In this document: positions 40,077 to 56,884 of the stretch, one piece after another
Layout of the letters: every line of letters begins with the position of its first letter
Position numbering within the stretch: position 1 is the first letter of the stretch
Source: the human T2T-CHM13v2.0 reference genome, Homo sapiens
Reading direction: 5' to 3'
Length of the DNA: 64,000 nucleotides
Assembly: GCA_009914755.4 (NCBI GenBank)
Contig: CP068257.2
Coordinates: 20,992,001-21,056,000 of the forward strand
Made by a program: the position numbers and the translations under genes
Notes under the pieces: model-generated
The model's database searches: none
What the model was told of the DNA's origin: nothing
What the model saw: only the letters and a program-made list of their open reading frames with translations

Positions 40077-41491
40077 AGTCTAAGGGGATCTTTCGCCACA
40101 AGGAAGGTTTTTTACACCTATGCTGGTTGGACTGGCAGTACCGGAGAGGTAATCATCCCAGAGTGACCCTACATTAATGAGGGAAAAAATTTGGTGAATA
40201 AATACTCTAGCATCCTCAGAAAATAAAGCCACATTTTTACGGCATGTTCTCTTGGTATTTCAGAAAGTTCTCAGCAGAATTGAGCCCCAGTATCCCTTTG
40301 AGATGATATGCTCATGAGTACCTCCTTTGTTGGCTCCTTTCTTCTTCTTTGTGTTTCACTTCCCCACTTCCCTATCACACCCGTGTTCACCAGGATTACC
40401 TTAGAAATACTACTTGTCTCAAGGTCTCCCTTTAGGTTAATCTAGACTAAGACTGTACAACGTAAAACAATGCATGTTCCAGGATGTCGTAACTAGTATA
40501 ATTTGAGATGCAACTATATTTGAATAGGATTGATTATTTTGAAATACAAAATACACTATTTGGAAACATTTTGTTTCCATTCATTTATGAATCTATTCAA
40601 TCTTGAAAATACTATAAAACACAAAGGAGCATATTTTAAATCCAGTTTATATATACAAACTAAACAACCATAAAAATAAATCATAAATCTCACAGTATAA
40701 CACTGATACTTCAAAAAAAAAAAAGAAAAATTATCTCTTTATATTGAAAACCTCCAGTCTTATTTGTTATTTACTTAAGGTAGCTAGTCTTAGAATTTTT
40801 GGAGCAATATACGTTGATAAGATTTGAGAAACTTTAAATTGAAATTGATTGCATAAGAATAAGAACAAAGGTAGCAATATATTTGAGTGCACTGAGTGCA
40901 GTACATATTGACAAAAGCTCTCCTAGTCTAAACCCTGGCTGGCATCCTTTCAGCCCAGTTCTCAACTAGTTTTTAACTTTGGCCTGTAAAAAACTACAGA
41001 TTCTCAGCATAAATGATCCATTGCACCAGCTCCCACCCCTGAGAGTCTTAAACACCAGCATAATTTCTAACATCTCAAGGCCGTATACCTAAGACAAAGA
41101 TTGCAGCCCCTTTAAGTTCCTTCCTGGGAAATTTCAGGGTTGCCAAAATAATTTACTGTTTGTTCCAGTCAAAACTTGAAGATAGGGTCCCACTGTTTCC
41201 CAGTCTCTGTCAGAGGATTGGTCCCTAACTTTGGTAAATGCCAGTTAGCGAACCCAGGTGACCTAATCATGTTGTTCAGTCCTTCTTTCTGCTTTTTGTG
41301 AAATTCCACTCCGCTAAGCCCCTGCCTTTCCCCCTCTCTATTTTCTCATTCTCCCTTGAAAATACCTGGTTGCTTCTGCACAAATCCAAGTTGATTTCAG
41401 TTCATGCTGAACCCTCTTCCATATTGGTGTAGTTATTGAATAAAATCTATCATTACCACTTTAAGTAGTGTCTAGTTTTATCTCTTTCTTG

Positions 41492-41792
41492 TTTATTTGT
41501 TTTTGAGGTGGGGTCTCAGTCTGTCTCCTCGACTGGCGTGCAGTGGAGTGATCTCGGCTCACTGCAACCTCCATATTACAGGCGCAGGTGATTCTCCCAC
41601 CTCAGCCATCTGAGTAGCTGGGATTACAGTTGCGCACCACCATGTACTGCTATTTTTTTTTTTTGTATTTTTAGTAGACACGGGGTTTTGCTATGTTTCC
41701 CAGGCTGGTCTCAAACTCCTGAGCTCAAGCAATCTGCTTTCCTTGGCCTCCCAGAGTGCTGAGATTACAGGCATGAGCCACCATGCCCAGCC
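41492..41792 (-). mobile_element. Alu SINE, minus orientation
   Basis: ...gaggtggggtctcagtctgtctcctcgactggcgtgcagtggagtgatctcggctcactgcaacctcc...gtgctgagattacaggcatgagccaccatgcccagcc. Confidence 0.9.
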
Positions 41793-43267
41793 TTGGTTAT
41801 ATCATTGACAATACATCCCTTATGATTTTAAATATGCTACCTTGTCTCAGATTATTATTTATTTGATTTATTCAATTAATATTTATTATACTTACTACAT
41901 ATCAATAATTCTTCAGAGAGCTGGTTACAAACAGGATTCATGTTCTTAATAATGTCATCCCAGTGCAAAAAGAGAAAACAAGTAAGCAAATACAATGTTA
42001 TCACTGTTTATCAAAAATGTTCTTGTAGGAAAGAAAATACAGTTGTCTGTTTGGGTGGTCAAGAAATACTTCTGAGGATGTGGGATTTCACATGTCATGT
42101 AGAAATGAAAATGTGATAGACACGGAATTTGAGGAAATAGTGCTTGGAATACAGAAGTCGGCATCAGCAATTGAAATGAAACTGGACAGGGCCCATATGC
42201 TCTAGGAACTAACAAACAATGGTTTGGCTGGGGCTTGTACAAAGCTATAATAAAAAGAACCAGGTTAAATTCAAGATATATGTATAGACAAGTTGTGCAA
42301 AGACCTTCAGGTTATATAAAAAGGTTTGAATTTCATTCTAAGTGTAATGAGAAATAATTAGAGCATCTTAAGCAGCTGAATAATGTACTCTGATTACATT
42401 TTAAATAGCTAACTCTGGCTCTTTGTAAATACTGAGTTTAGGCAAATGAGAATGGAAGCAGGAAGAACAAGTAGAAGATAACTGAAATAGTCCAGTGTAG
42501 ATGGGAATACACAGGATCTCTCCCACTCCCAGTACCATAAAGAATGAAGATATAATGTCATCAGTTGAGGGTTACGATAAAATTAACACTGTGTATCTGA
42601 GGTTGAAAATAAATCAGAAGTAGATATCACAGGGATGTCTCTGAAGGACTTTTAGGTAGTCTAGTGGTTGTAATTCTTACTATTTATGGAATGCAGTTCA
42701 CTCACCATTTTATGTATTTGTCATTGCATGATCACATTCCTGTGTGTAAGAGTGACAATTACAATATATATTAATTGGTATGACCTGGGCCACTAATAAT
42801 CACAATAGATGGAGGCTATAAAGAACGATTACAGTCATAGTGGACTATAGTCTTAAAAATTCCCTGTAAACATATAGATTACATTATCATTAAATATAAA
42901 GTAAAAATACTATTACAGGGTTTACTACTATGTAGAACTTATATAGACAATGGTATAGGATATCTGTGTTTGAAATATGTACTTGCAGGAAAGTAAGACC
43001 TCTGTAATTAAGCTAGCAACAATCATGTAATTGATAGCATTAGAATGTGTTTAGTCATACAATATCTGCATATTTTATATAACATTGCCTTTAAGAAATA
43101 TAAACACAAAAATGAATTGATTAATTATATGTTGGTTAATTGGTTTTATTACATTTAAGAGGTTATGTCTATCAAAAGTCACCACTAAGAGACTGAAGGA
43201 CATTGACTAGAAGTCCAATCATAAGACATATATCCAACAAAGAAGACCTATACAGAAGACATAATTA

Positions 43268-44531
<1,264 letters not shown>

Positions 44532-45308
44532 TCAAGAAAGTCACCATATCCATCAGCCCCCAGATTTTTCTCATGAGCCTTTAAAATACTTTCCTCAAAC
44601 TGGTTGATAGACTTCTTAAAAAGTTCTTGCTTGTTTATATATAGTTTTTTAGTTAATTTCAGATAGATTGTATTGTAATTTACAATTGCAATTTTTGATT
44701 TGGAAATTTCTCCTTGAAGCACAAACAGTTTTAATTTATGTATTTCTGAAATTCTGTTATTAGGTAGTACATATTTAGAGTAATTATGTCTTCTTGAAGA
44801 ACTGACTCCTTGATCAATATGGAAGGGTTTTCCTTATCATTAGTACTAAGATATTTTCTGAAATCTATTTATCTGATATTAATATATGCAGCATTCTTTT
44901 GATTAGTTTTATCATGGTAACATTTCCTATGCTATTGTTTTTAATCTATTTTGGTTTTATATTTAAATTGAGTTTTTGTAGGAAGCATTAAGTTATTATT
45001 TTCTTATTTGATCTTTCAATCTGGCAATTTAATTGTCATGTTTAGAGCACATATATTTAATATGATTATTGGTATAGTGTTTGAAATCTATCATCTTGAT
45101 ACTTATTTTAAAGTGATTCCTTATGTTCTTTCTTTCCTTTTACCTTTTTCCACTGTACTTTTTTTTTTTTTTTCGGCTTACTTGAGTATTTGTTTCAGAT
45201 TCTATTTTATCCCTGTTACTGGCCTATTACTTTAACCCTTACTTCTGTTATTTTAGTTGTTGCTTTACGGTTTATAACAAACATCATTACTTATAAAACT
45301 TAACTCTC

Positions 45309-45598
<290 letters not shown>

Positions 45599-45624
45599 TC
45601 AACTCTCATTTAATATGTTGCCAC

Positions 45625-45939
<315 letters not shown>

Positions 45940-46655
45940 TAGCATAAGACTCTTAAAATAGTATGCTTCTGTTTACCTCTTATCAGGCTCTGTGCTATAA
46001 AAATTTGTTTATACACATTTTATTTTTCCTATATTATAAAGTTCAGACTACATTGGTATATGTTTTGTTTAAAATGTCAGTTGTTCTTTTTAATATTCAA
46101 ATAATAAGAAATAATCTTACATAGTTACCAACTGTTACCATGTTATTACTCTTAATTCATTTTTTTCCTTTAATATTTCCATCTAGTTTCATTTTCTGTC
46201 ATTTTAAGGGGTTCCTTTTCATTTCTGGTGATGGTTAATAATGAGTGTCAAATTTATTGGACTGAAGGATGAAAAGGATGAAAATTGATCCTTGGTGTGT
46301 CTGTGAGGGTGTTGCCAAAAGAGGTTAACATTTGATTCAGTGGGCCAGGAAAGGCAGACTCACCATAATCTGGGTGGGCACCATCTAATCAACTGACGGT
46401 GAGGCCTGAATATAAAGAGGGAAGAAAACATGAAAAGGCTAGACTGGCCTAGCCTCCCAGCCTACATCTTTCTCCCATGCTGGATGCTTCCTGCCCTCGA
46501 ACATCAGACTCCAAGTTCTTTAGTGTTGGGACTCGGACTGGCTTCCTTGCTCTTCAGCTTGCAGATGGCCTATTGTGGGACCTTGTGATCAGGATTTGTT
46601 CTAGAGAAATGGAATATTAAGGATGGAATTCTTTCATTGGTTTTGGGGTTTCTGG

Positions 46656-47545
46656 AGTGGCTGGGACGCAGGGCACTAAGTCCCTAGACTGCACACATCA
46701 CAGGGACCCTGGGCCTGGCCCATAAAACCACTTTTTTCTCCTAAACCTCTGGGCCTGTGATGGGAGGGGCTGCCACAAAGGTCTCTGATGTGCCCTGGAG
46801 ACATTTCCCCCATTGTCTTAGTGACTAACATTTGGCTCCTCCTTACTGATGCAAATTTCTGCAGCTGGCTTGTATTTCTCCTCAGAAAATGATATTTTCT
46901 TTTCTATTGCATTGTCAGATTGCAAATTTTCTGAACTTTCATGCTCTGTTTCCCTTTTAAAACTGAATGCGTTTAACAGCACCCAAGCCTTCCACCAGAA
47001 ACCCTAAATCATCTCTCTCAAGTTCAAAGTTCCACAAATCTCCAGAGCAGGGCAAAATGCTGCCAGTCTCTTTGCTAAAATACAACAAGAGTCACCTTTG
47101 CTCTAGTTCCCAACAAGTTCCTCATCTCCATCTGAGACCACTTCAGCCTGAACTTCATTGTCCATTTCATTATCAGCATTTTTATCAAAGCCATTCAACA
47201 AGTCTCTAGAGAGTTCCAAACTTCCCCTCATTTTCCTTCTTCTTCTGAGCCCTCCAAACTGTTCCAAACTCTACCTGTTACCCAGTTCCAAAGTTGCTTC
47301 CACATTTTCAGGTATCTTTTCAGCAGCACCCCACTCTACTTGTACTAATTCACTGTATTAGTTCGTTTTCACACTGCTGATAAAGACATACCCAAAACTG
47401 GGCAATTTACAAAAAAAAGAGGTTTAATGGACTTACAGTTCCCAGTGGCTTGGGAGGCTTTACAATCATGGCGGAAGGTGAAAGGCATGTCTCACATGGC
47501 AGTAGACAAGAGAAGAGAGCTTGTGCAGGGAAGCTCCCATTTAAA
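46656..47545 (-). mobile_element. Second THE1 (ERVL-MaLR) element, minus orientation, truncated: internal region 46656-47344 plus partial 5' LTR 47345-47545
   Basis: Reverse complement of 47230-47344 is cagtgaattagtacaagtagagtggggtgctgctgaaaagatacctgaaaatgtggaagcaactttggaactgggtaacaggtagag..., which is the THE1-int start and near-identical in pattern to 36235 onward in this window. 47345 onward (gtattagttcgttttcacactgctgataaagacatacccaaaactgggcaatttacaaa...ggcggaaggtgaaaggcatgtctcacatggcag) is the reverse complement of the THE1 LTR 3' half. Confidence 0.8.
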
Positions 47546-50500
47546 AAAAAATTCTCCATTTATTTAATGTGTTTAACCATTTATCTGGATTTTTGAAACT
47601 ATGCACTAAAATTATAATAATGTAATTCATGTAGTTGTATTCTAATTCTAGCATCTGTGTCATATGCAGTTTGGTTTCAACTGGATTATTTTTCTCTATA
47701 TTTTCCTTCTTTGATTGTCCAGATAGTGTTTCTTAGATGTCAGAGCTTGTGAATTTTGCCTTGTTACTTGCCCAATATATTTGTATTTCCATACATATTA
47801 AATTTTATTCATGGATACAATTAATTTATTTGGGAATAGTTTAATCCTTTGGGGCTTTGCCTTTAAGATTTGTTAGGTATAAACAGGGAAGTGTTTAATC
47901 TGTAGCATGTTATTACAAATACCTGAGGCAAGAACCTTCCGAGTACTGTAACCATACTCTGTGAATTACAGTGTTTTTCAGCTGGTTGATGTAAATAGGA
48001 TATTTCCATCCATATATGAGCATCTGATCCTGTTTTTTCTCCTCTTTTCACCTGCTTCTTTCCTCTGGTATTTTCTTTAAGCACATGTGCCAATCAGTAC
48101 TCTACTGAACACTAAAGGAAAACTCTGTGGTCTTCTTGAGTTTTTTAGCCGTACAGGTCTTTCCTCTCTACTATTCTGTCTTTGGAACTCTTGGTGAGTA
48201 GGATTGCCTAACTCTCAGCTCTGCCTTCACAGTTCAGGGCTTATCTGGGGTCTGCCTGATTTTCCCCCTCCATGAACTACAAAGTGGAAACCCTTTCCAG
48301 GTGGTTAAATGAAATAATTTAGGGTTCAACTTGTTCATTTCTACCTCTCAAATATCGCACCTGTTGTTTAAATGTCCAAAACTATTATTTTATGTATTTT
48401 CTCAGTTTATTTTGTTTTTGTTTTCCATCTGGGAAAGTAAATTGGGTGGCCTCCTTCTTATCTTAGCCAAAGGTGGAAATTCCTATGACATTGTGTCTTG
48501 ACACTAAAAACAAAATTGTGAATTAGTAGTAGAGAATCTTCTAACTAATATGAGATAACATACTGCTGACCTGAGTTGTATTGTGAGAACAGATGTGTAA
48601 GAATAGGAAATCTCTTTGATCATGTTTGGATTGTAGGTAGAAAACTTAGATCAAGTGAAATTGTTAAATATGCGATGGAGCCTGATATTCACCATAGCAC
48701 ACAATAAAGATGAAACAAGTTTGTAAAAATGTGAAACACTTCAGTCCAGTTGGCAAATAGCTGCTTCATCAATCTTCCCCCAAATCTCCAGCTGACCTAG
48801 CTACTGAGCCTCTCTCCCCTTACCTCCCCAACTTCAGATTCTAACAAGGTTAACCTTGCATAACAGGTATTCCAGGAAGCTGCTTTTTCTCTCTGCCTGG
48901 GACCAGGAACCTTTCCAAATTATGATGATTGTACCATACTTAATGTTAAATAGTTTCCTATGGCCCCCATGATGATGCTTTTTGTGTTATTTTATTCTCA
49001 AACTCCTGGAGTAACTCTTTATTTAAATACTTCTTTAATACTTTAAATAAAGTAGTATTTAAATAAAGACAGTTTATCTGAATTCTTCATTTAAATACTT
49101 CTTTCTTTAGAAAACCAAGCATTTCTAATAAGCCTTTCTATTGAGTTTAACTGTCCTCCAGATTTTACTATTTAGCCTGTTTCCTGAGTCCTGTGTTGTG
49201 GTGACACGTTCAATTGTTCATGAAATCCAGCCTGACTGAAAATGCAATCTGTTTTCTCAGTTAGAAAACTATAAAGAACAAGAGATCCCATGTTAATAGT
49301 GTAGGGTCAAACTTTAACATGATGAATAAAGTTAGGGAAATAAATAGTAAACCAGTTAAAATTCATTTTGGAGCTCTATTATTTTCACTTCTTCATTTGT
49401 TTTTCTACTTTTCTCTAACTTTTCTGTCCCTTTATTTCCCATTTTAAGAAAGATAAGTTTCAGATATTTTTATTCACTTACTAAATATTACTGTGCTGGC
49501 AGCAGCTTAATATTACATGTCTTTAAGAAATAGTTGCATTTTAATAGTAGTTCTTAGAAATCAGAAATTTTATTGGGCCCATATAAATTAATTGAAAGTT
49601 GCATTCCAAGAACAGTGAGAAACAATGAGCAAGGTGTTTAAAAACTCATTCTTGGACATATATCTTAAATTATTTTACTTAGATGCAGAAAAAGAATTCC
49701 ACTTAATTCCAGGGAAGTATACAGCACTAGAAATCTCTTTCTGGAAGACAAAATTCAATCTATGAGGTTATTGCATGTTATTAATAAACATAAATCTCTA
49801 TATAACACAGATATCCAAAAGCATTAAAACTTCATGAAGCTTAATCACAACTGTGATAATGTTACTTAAAGTGTTATATTTATTTTATCAATATATCCAA
49901 ATATACTGTATATTTGATTTTTTGTTTATTTTGCTTTTGTTTTACAGTTTGGAATTACCATTGAAGTTTACCTGATGGGTTTGTTTTTCTCAAATTACAA
50001 CATGTCAAATTGCTTTTACTATTATCAATTAATTAATAAATCAATACTTTGCATGAGAAGAAATAACTGAATAAGAAGATATTCAAAAGCCACTATAAGT
50101 TACGTCAACATTTTTCATGTTTTCAGTTAATTTAATTTTGACCTTCAAATTGCAAGGAAAATTCCACTGAAGTTTTGAAATTTGAAATTAAACTAGTAAA
50201 ACCCAGCATATTTTGCATTTGTTGGATTCTTAAAACTATGTGTCCTTTGAAAGTGTAAATTCAACACAGCGTTTGAAGTTTCAGACATTTTTGTAGTCAT
50301 TTCAAACATATTGTCGACCATATAAAAGGTTATGCTTTGCCCTTAGTCCATGCACAGAGAATTCTGATTGATGTCAATGGGAGCCATGTGCAAAGTTTGC
50401 GGGCACTGTAGTTTGAAACTTTATGGTGTTTTCAGAATATCTTTGAAGTCTAGTTTCTGTGAAAAATATAAAGTTTAAAGAGTAGCTCTTCAGGGCTTAT

Positions 50501-51425
50501 TCTTATCCACAGAGAACATGTTTAGATTGCCTGTTTTAAATGCCGAGCTAAGCTGAAATTTCAAAAATCTAGTATGCGTTTGGAGTGGTTGATTACAAGA
50601 GAATTATTCAATTGAGTTCAATTGCTAGACTTGGAGACAATGGTGGCAAATCTATGTTGGTAATCTATCTTTTTATACATTTGATTCTGCTACAATAGTG
50701 AAAGGTATAAATTGCTGTTCAATTTAATGCTAAAATTAACTATATTGCTACCATTAATTTTTTATTTAAGTATCTTCAACAAAGCAAGTAGAATCACTTT
50801 TGCATTGACAAATTCAATAGCGTTTGATTTTTGCATTATTACTGAGGAAAGATATTAATTGGTAACAATGCTCTATTATTAATTAAAGTTTATTTTTGCA
50901 AATATGTTCCAATGAAAAGTATTTAAGGCTAAGTTAAGGAAGGATAATTTAAACCAATTTCCTAAAATTCATAATATTTTCTTAGGCTTGCAGACTGTGG
51001 AATAAAATGCATATTATATAGAAAAAATTTTATCAGAAAGAAATTATTATGTTATAAAAGTTATTCAACATATTTTTCTATTTAAAGACACAACTGTCAT
51101 TTTCAAAATCAAATTCACTAAAAGGTATTATGTTTTCTAAAGACCACGGTTTCCATTTTGCAGTATAATTAATTTGTGCTTAAAATTAATGAAATCTGTG
51201 AGTTTTTTCTAAAGCATTCTTTATAGTTCTGGTACCTAAGAATAATTTGCACAATGCAGGCTTAATGTCCTTGATAGGTCATCCTACATGAGCCTAATAA
51301 TCCATCTCACTGTAACTGGAAGAAAGTGCTAAAGCAACACTCAAGAAAAGAGATTCATTTGGATGAAAACGAAAGCACAGGAAATAAACATTCAGCTAGG
51401 AAATAAACATCATGGTGGGGTTTTA

Positions 51426-52510
<1,085 letters not shown>

Positions 52511-53100
52511 ATTAAGAAAATGTGGCACGTATACACCATGGAATACTATGCAGCCATAAAAAATGATGAGTTCATGTCCTTTGTAGGGACATGGATGAAA
52601 TTGGAAATCATCATTCTCAGTAAACTATCACAAGAACAAAAAACCAAACACTGCATATTCTCACTCATAGGTGGGAATTGAACAATGAGATCACATGGAC
52701 ACAGGAAGGGGAACATCACACTCTGGGGACTGTTGCGGGGTGGCGGGCGGGGAGAGGGATAGCATTGGGAGATATACCTAATGCTAGATGACGAGTTAGT
52801 GGGTGCAGCACACCAGCATGGCACATGTATACATATGTAACTAACCTGCACATTGTGCACATGTACCCTAAAACTTAAAGTATAAAAAAAAAAAAAGATT
52901 TGACTAGAATTCCCTTTTAAGACAACTTAACAACATAAAACAGGGAGAAGTTTAAAAAATAAAAATACAATAAAGATATATTTGGGTTACTTTTCACTGT
53001 TGTATACCATAGAAAATCAGATTTTCTGCTGTCTCAACAATACTTTCAATCGGTTATTGATAACTGAGTAAATAATTGCTGTACAAGACTGTCGATCTCA

Positions 53101-53221
53101 GGCTGGGCATGGTGGCTTATGGCTGTAATCCAGCACTTTGTTAGGCCAAGGTGGGAGCATCACTGAGGCCAAGAGTTCAAGACCAGCCTGGGCAATATAG
53201 CAAGATCCTCTATATTAAAAG
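53101..53221 (+). mobile_element. Alu left-monomer (FLAM-like) fragment
   Basis: ggctgggcatggtggcttatggctgtaatccagcactttgttaggccaaggtgggagcatcactgaggccaagagttcaagaccagcctgggcaatatagcaagatcctctatattaaaa, with no right monomer. Confidence 0.7.
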
Positions 53222-53898
53222 ATCACAAATCTTTATTTTCTTCAATGCAGACTCTCTACTGCAGACTCTCTACGTAGCCATTTGTACACCACGTATTTCC
53301 AGATAATCAGTCTGTCTTCACTCCCATTATCCAATTACTTCCATAGTATACATTTCCAGGGGAGATAGTTTCCTCAACTCATGAGAATTTTGAATTATAT
53401 CAACTCCTAAGACCATGAGAATCTATTCTCCCACAGTAACTCCTCATAAAGGTATTCTTTTATATCCCCTTTTTCGAGATACCAATGAACGTATCTTCAA
53501 TTTCGTGTATTTTTTTTCTTTAAATCATTTAGAGCCATTGACTTCAAGCTACCTTTTTTTTCTGCTCTATAAACATTATCAGAATCAAGAAAGTACAACA
53601 TCCTGGCTATATTCTTATAATTTAAGGAGTACTGGGAAAAACAGAGAGAATAACAAACATTTTTGTCTCAAATAATCCGTACAAAGAAAAGCAAAGTGAT
53701 GGATCCAATTCAGATACAGAGAAAAAGCTAACCCTTTGAATTAAAAAATTTCCAGTCTCATGTTTTGTTAATAACAAGAGTTACATCAGAAAGTGAAAAG
53801 TGAATTTGAGAATAAAATTTGAAAGCACTACACATAAAAATTAGGTACCAGTGAAAACAGTAGTGAACAACTATTGTGATGTACTATTATTTCATCAC

Positions 53899-54185
53899 AT
53901 TTTTTTTTTTGAGACAGGGTCTCACTCTGTGGCCTAGGCTGGAGTGCAATGGTGTAATCATGGCTCACTGCAGCCTCAACTTCCTAGACTCAAGGTGATT
54001 CTCCCAGCTCACTCTCCCAAGTAGCTGGGACCACAAGCACATGCCCACCTAATTTTTTGTATTTTAATAGACACAGGGTTTTGCCATGTTGCCCAGGCTG
54101 GTTTTGAACTCCTGGACTCAAGCAATCTGTCCCCCTCGGCCTCCCAAAATGCCAGGATTACAGATAAGAGCCACCACTCCAGGCC
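53899..54185 (-). mobile_element. Alu SINE, minus orientation
   Basis: The poly-T at 53901-53910 is followed by gagacagggtctcactctgtggcctaggctggagtgcaatggtgtaatcatggctcactgcagcctc...ctcccaaaatgccaggattacagataagagccaccactccaggcc. Confidence 0.9.
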
Positions 54186-55885
54186 TCATCACATTTTTAA
54201 TTGCGTACACAGTAGTGATACTCCCTCACCCTCAATTCTGTTTTTTTTCATTTTTATAAAATACGCAACTACACACACCAGAGACTATCTTAACAAACAC
54301 ATTTCTGGCCTGTGTTGTCACATAGAGTAAGTGCAATAGTTTGAATGTCATCACCAAAATTCTTGTTGAAATTAATTGTCAATGCAACAGTATTGGGAGG
54401 TAGGGCCTTTATGAGGTGATTAATGATTTATGCCATGAACGCATTAATTATCACTAGAGTAGGTCAGTTATTGTGAGATTGGGTTAGTTATAAAAATGTG
54501 TTCCATCTGATTTTTTTTCTTTCCATCTCACATGCTCACTTCTGCCTTCTACTCTTCTCCCGTAAGATAACCTTGCCTGATATCATTGCCATCTCTTTAA
54601 CTTCCAGTCTCTAGAACCATGAGCTGAATAAACTTCTTCTTCATTAAATAAATTACTCAGTCTTTGGTATTCTGTCATAGCAACAGAAAACAAACTAGTA
54701 TATTAAGAATACCATGAATGGTAGCATAATCTGGATCAATATTATCCAAAGTAAGTAAGGTCAAGTCAGGTTAAAAGTACCATAGGACTGTGGAAATAAA
54801 CAAAGACCAACCAAATGACAATAAGTAAAGACTATGTATTTGAATCTTGCCGTACAAAGTGAGTCAGCCACAGCCACTTGCATTTTGGTAAAGACTCAAC
54901 ATCAAGCAGAGGAATGGCAAAGCTTCATAGTGGAAACATGAAGGCCTTCCCTGATTGGAGACTATTAGCATGAAAGAGCTGTGAGTGGGGTAATTAGAAG
55001 CCAGACATTATTTGTGATTGATTAGGGGTACATAGTTGCCTTTCCCTATCTCTCAAGTTGCTTTGGTCATACATTGAAAATGGGGACAAAAATTTAGAAA
55101 ATTGTCAAGTCCTGGCCATTTTGGGTACAGAAGTTATGGTTTAGCTTTCTGGACCAGTAACTAGAGATAACAGTAAGACTACAGTTCTGATTTATAGATA
55201 GCAGACCATCTTCCTGGGTTGCTTTCTGTAGACAATGGGTTGGTCCCTTGGGCAGATTCCTGCCCAGATTGTGGACCAGAGTTAGTTCTATTTTTAAATA
55301 TGGTGCCTAGCCATTGTCTGTTTCTATATCCACTCTCCCTAGATATTGACATTAGTGGTTCTGTCTTGTGCTTTCCTGGTTCTATAATGCTTACAATAAA
55401 ACATTGTGTTTTTAAAGAGAGAGAAAGCTTGTCACTCATTCATTCTGCCAGTATATTTGAGGAAGTATTATTTTCTATACAAAAATCTAGGTTTCTGTTA
55501 CAAACATTACTAAGAGAGTCAACCTAGCCTCTTGACTAAGTACATGGTTCCAGGTCCAGATTGTCACTCCCTGAGTGATCTTCAAAAATTCATGTAACAT
55601 CCAGTCCCACAGGTTTTTCATTGAATAAATGGGGTGATCAGTAGCTACTTCACAGTGTTGTCAAGAAGTAAACAAATTAATACCTCAAAGCCTTCAGAAT
55701 GTTGTACAGCACATTAGAAGTGCTCTTATTATTTAGAAAAGATGGTGTATAGCTTAGAGGAATGGATCCTAGAATGGGAGTAAAGAACTTTTTGCCACAG
55801 TAACCATAACTTTGTCCCTCTGAAAAAAAATGACAATGATCACAGGATTGGCTTCATAATAAATATAAAAATCTATAGTTTCTCA

Positions 55886-56150
55886 GGGGCATACATGTAA
55901 TACCAGCATTGTGGGAGGCTGAGGCAGGCAGATTCTTGAGCCAAGGAGTTTGAGACAAGCCTGGGCAACATGGCAAAACCTTGTCTCCACAAAAAAGTAC
56001 AAAAATTGGCCAGGTGTGGTGGTACATGCCCGTAGTCTCACCTATTTGGGATGCTGAGGTGGGAAGATCACTTGAACCTGGGAGGTTGAGGCTTCAGTGA
56101 GCTGTAATCACACCACTGTACTCCAGTCTGGGCAACAGAGCTAGACTTTG
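55886..56150 (+). mobile_element. Alu SINE, + orientation, older (AluJ-like)
   Basis: ggcatacatgtaataccagcattgtgggaggctgaggcaggcagattcttgagccaaggagtttgagacaagcctgggcaacatggcaaaaccttgtctccacaaaaaagtacaaaaattggccaggtgtggtggtacatgcccgtagtctcacctatttgggatgctgaggtgggaag...gactttgtctaagaataataaaag. Confidence 0.85.
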
Positions 56151-56884
56151 TCTAAGAATAATAAAAGATAAAATAAAATTTCTCAGGGAGTGTGTGGGAG
56201 GGAGGGGAGGGATGAAAAATTACTTATTTTATACAATGTACACCATTCAGATGATGGGTACTCTGAAAGTCCAGACTTTATCACTATACAATTAATCCAT
56301 TTAAGCAAAAACCAGTTGTACCTCTAAAGCTATTGAAGTAAAAAAAAAAAAGTTTGAAGTTTCTTATAACTATAGCATTTCAAAGTTCTGACTTTGTGTT
56401 CATATATCTAACTTTGCTATCAGAAATCTAGACCAAAGAAATGGAATCTTTAGCACAGATAAATAGATGTAGTTATGTATGAATAAATATAAATCTTCTT
56501 TGAGATTGAGCATGAACAATTTCTAAGAACAACAGAACAAGTTTTAGATATATTTTCTGGTAATGCTCTTGGGTTGTGTTATTTGGTTTCAATTGCTCTA
56601 ACCACCATGACTCAGACCAGATGCTCTTAATCCTGTCTGAGATCCCAAACTTAAAAATAAATTTGGCAGCTAAAATTCTCTCTGAGTTTTCAGTAGTTGT
56701 TGGCTTTATTTTTTAGTTCAGTAATAAGCCAAAAAGAAAAATGAAGATGTAATAAATCTAGGGAAATTCACCTCTAAAAGGGCACCAACTGAGTACAGGC
56801 AGTTTACTGAAAAATTTTAAATTAACAATATACACAATAAATACATAAAAATGGACAAGTATAAGAGTATCTACTATATTTCCA

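Noticed and set aside
47560-48500. Sequence with a loose resemblance to an antisense old-L1 ORF2 3' region
   Set aside because: The similarity is by eye and weak. I could not follow collinear motifs convincingly, so it was not listed as a feature.
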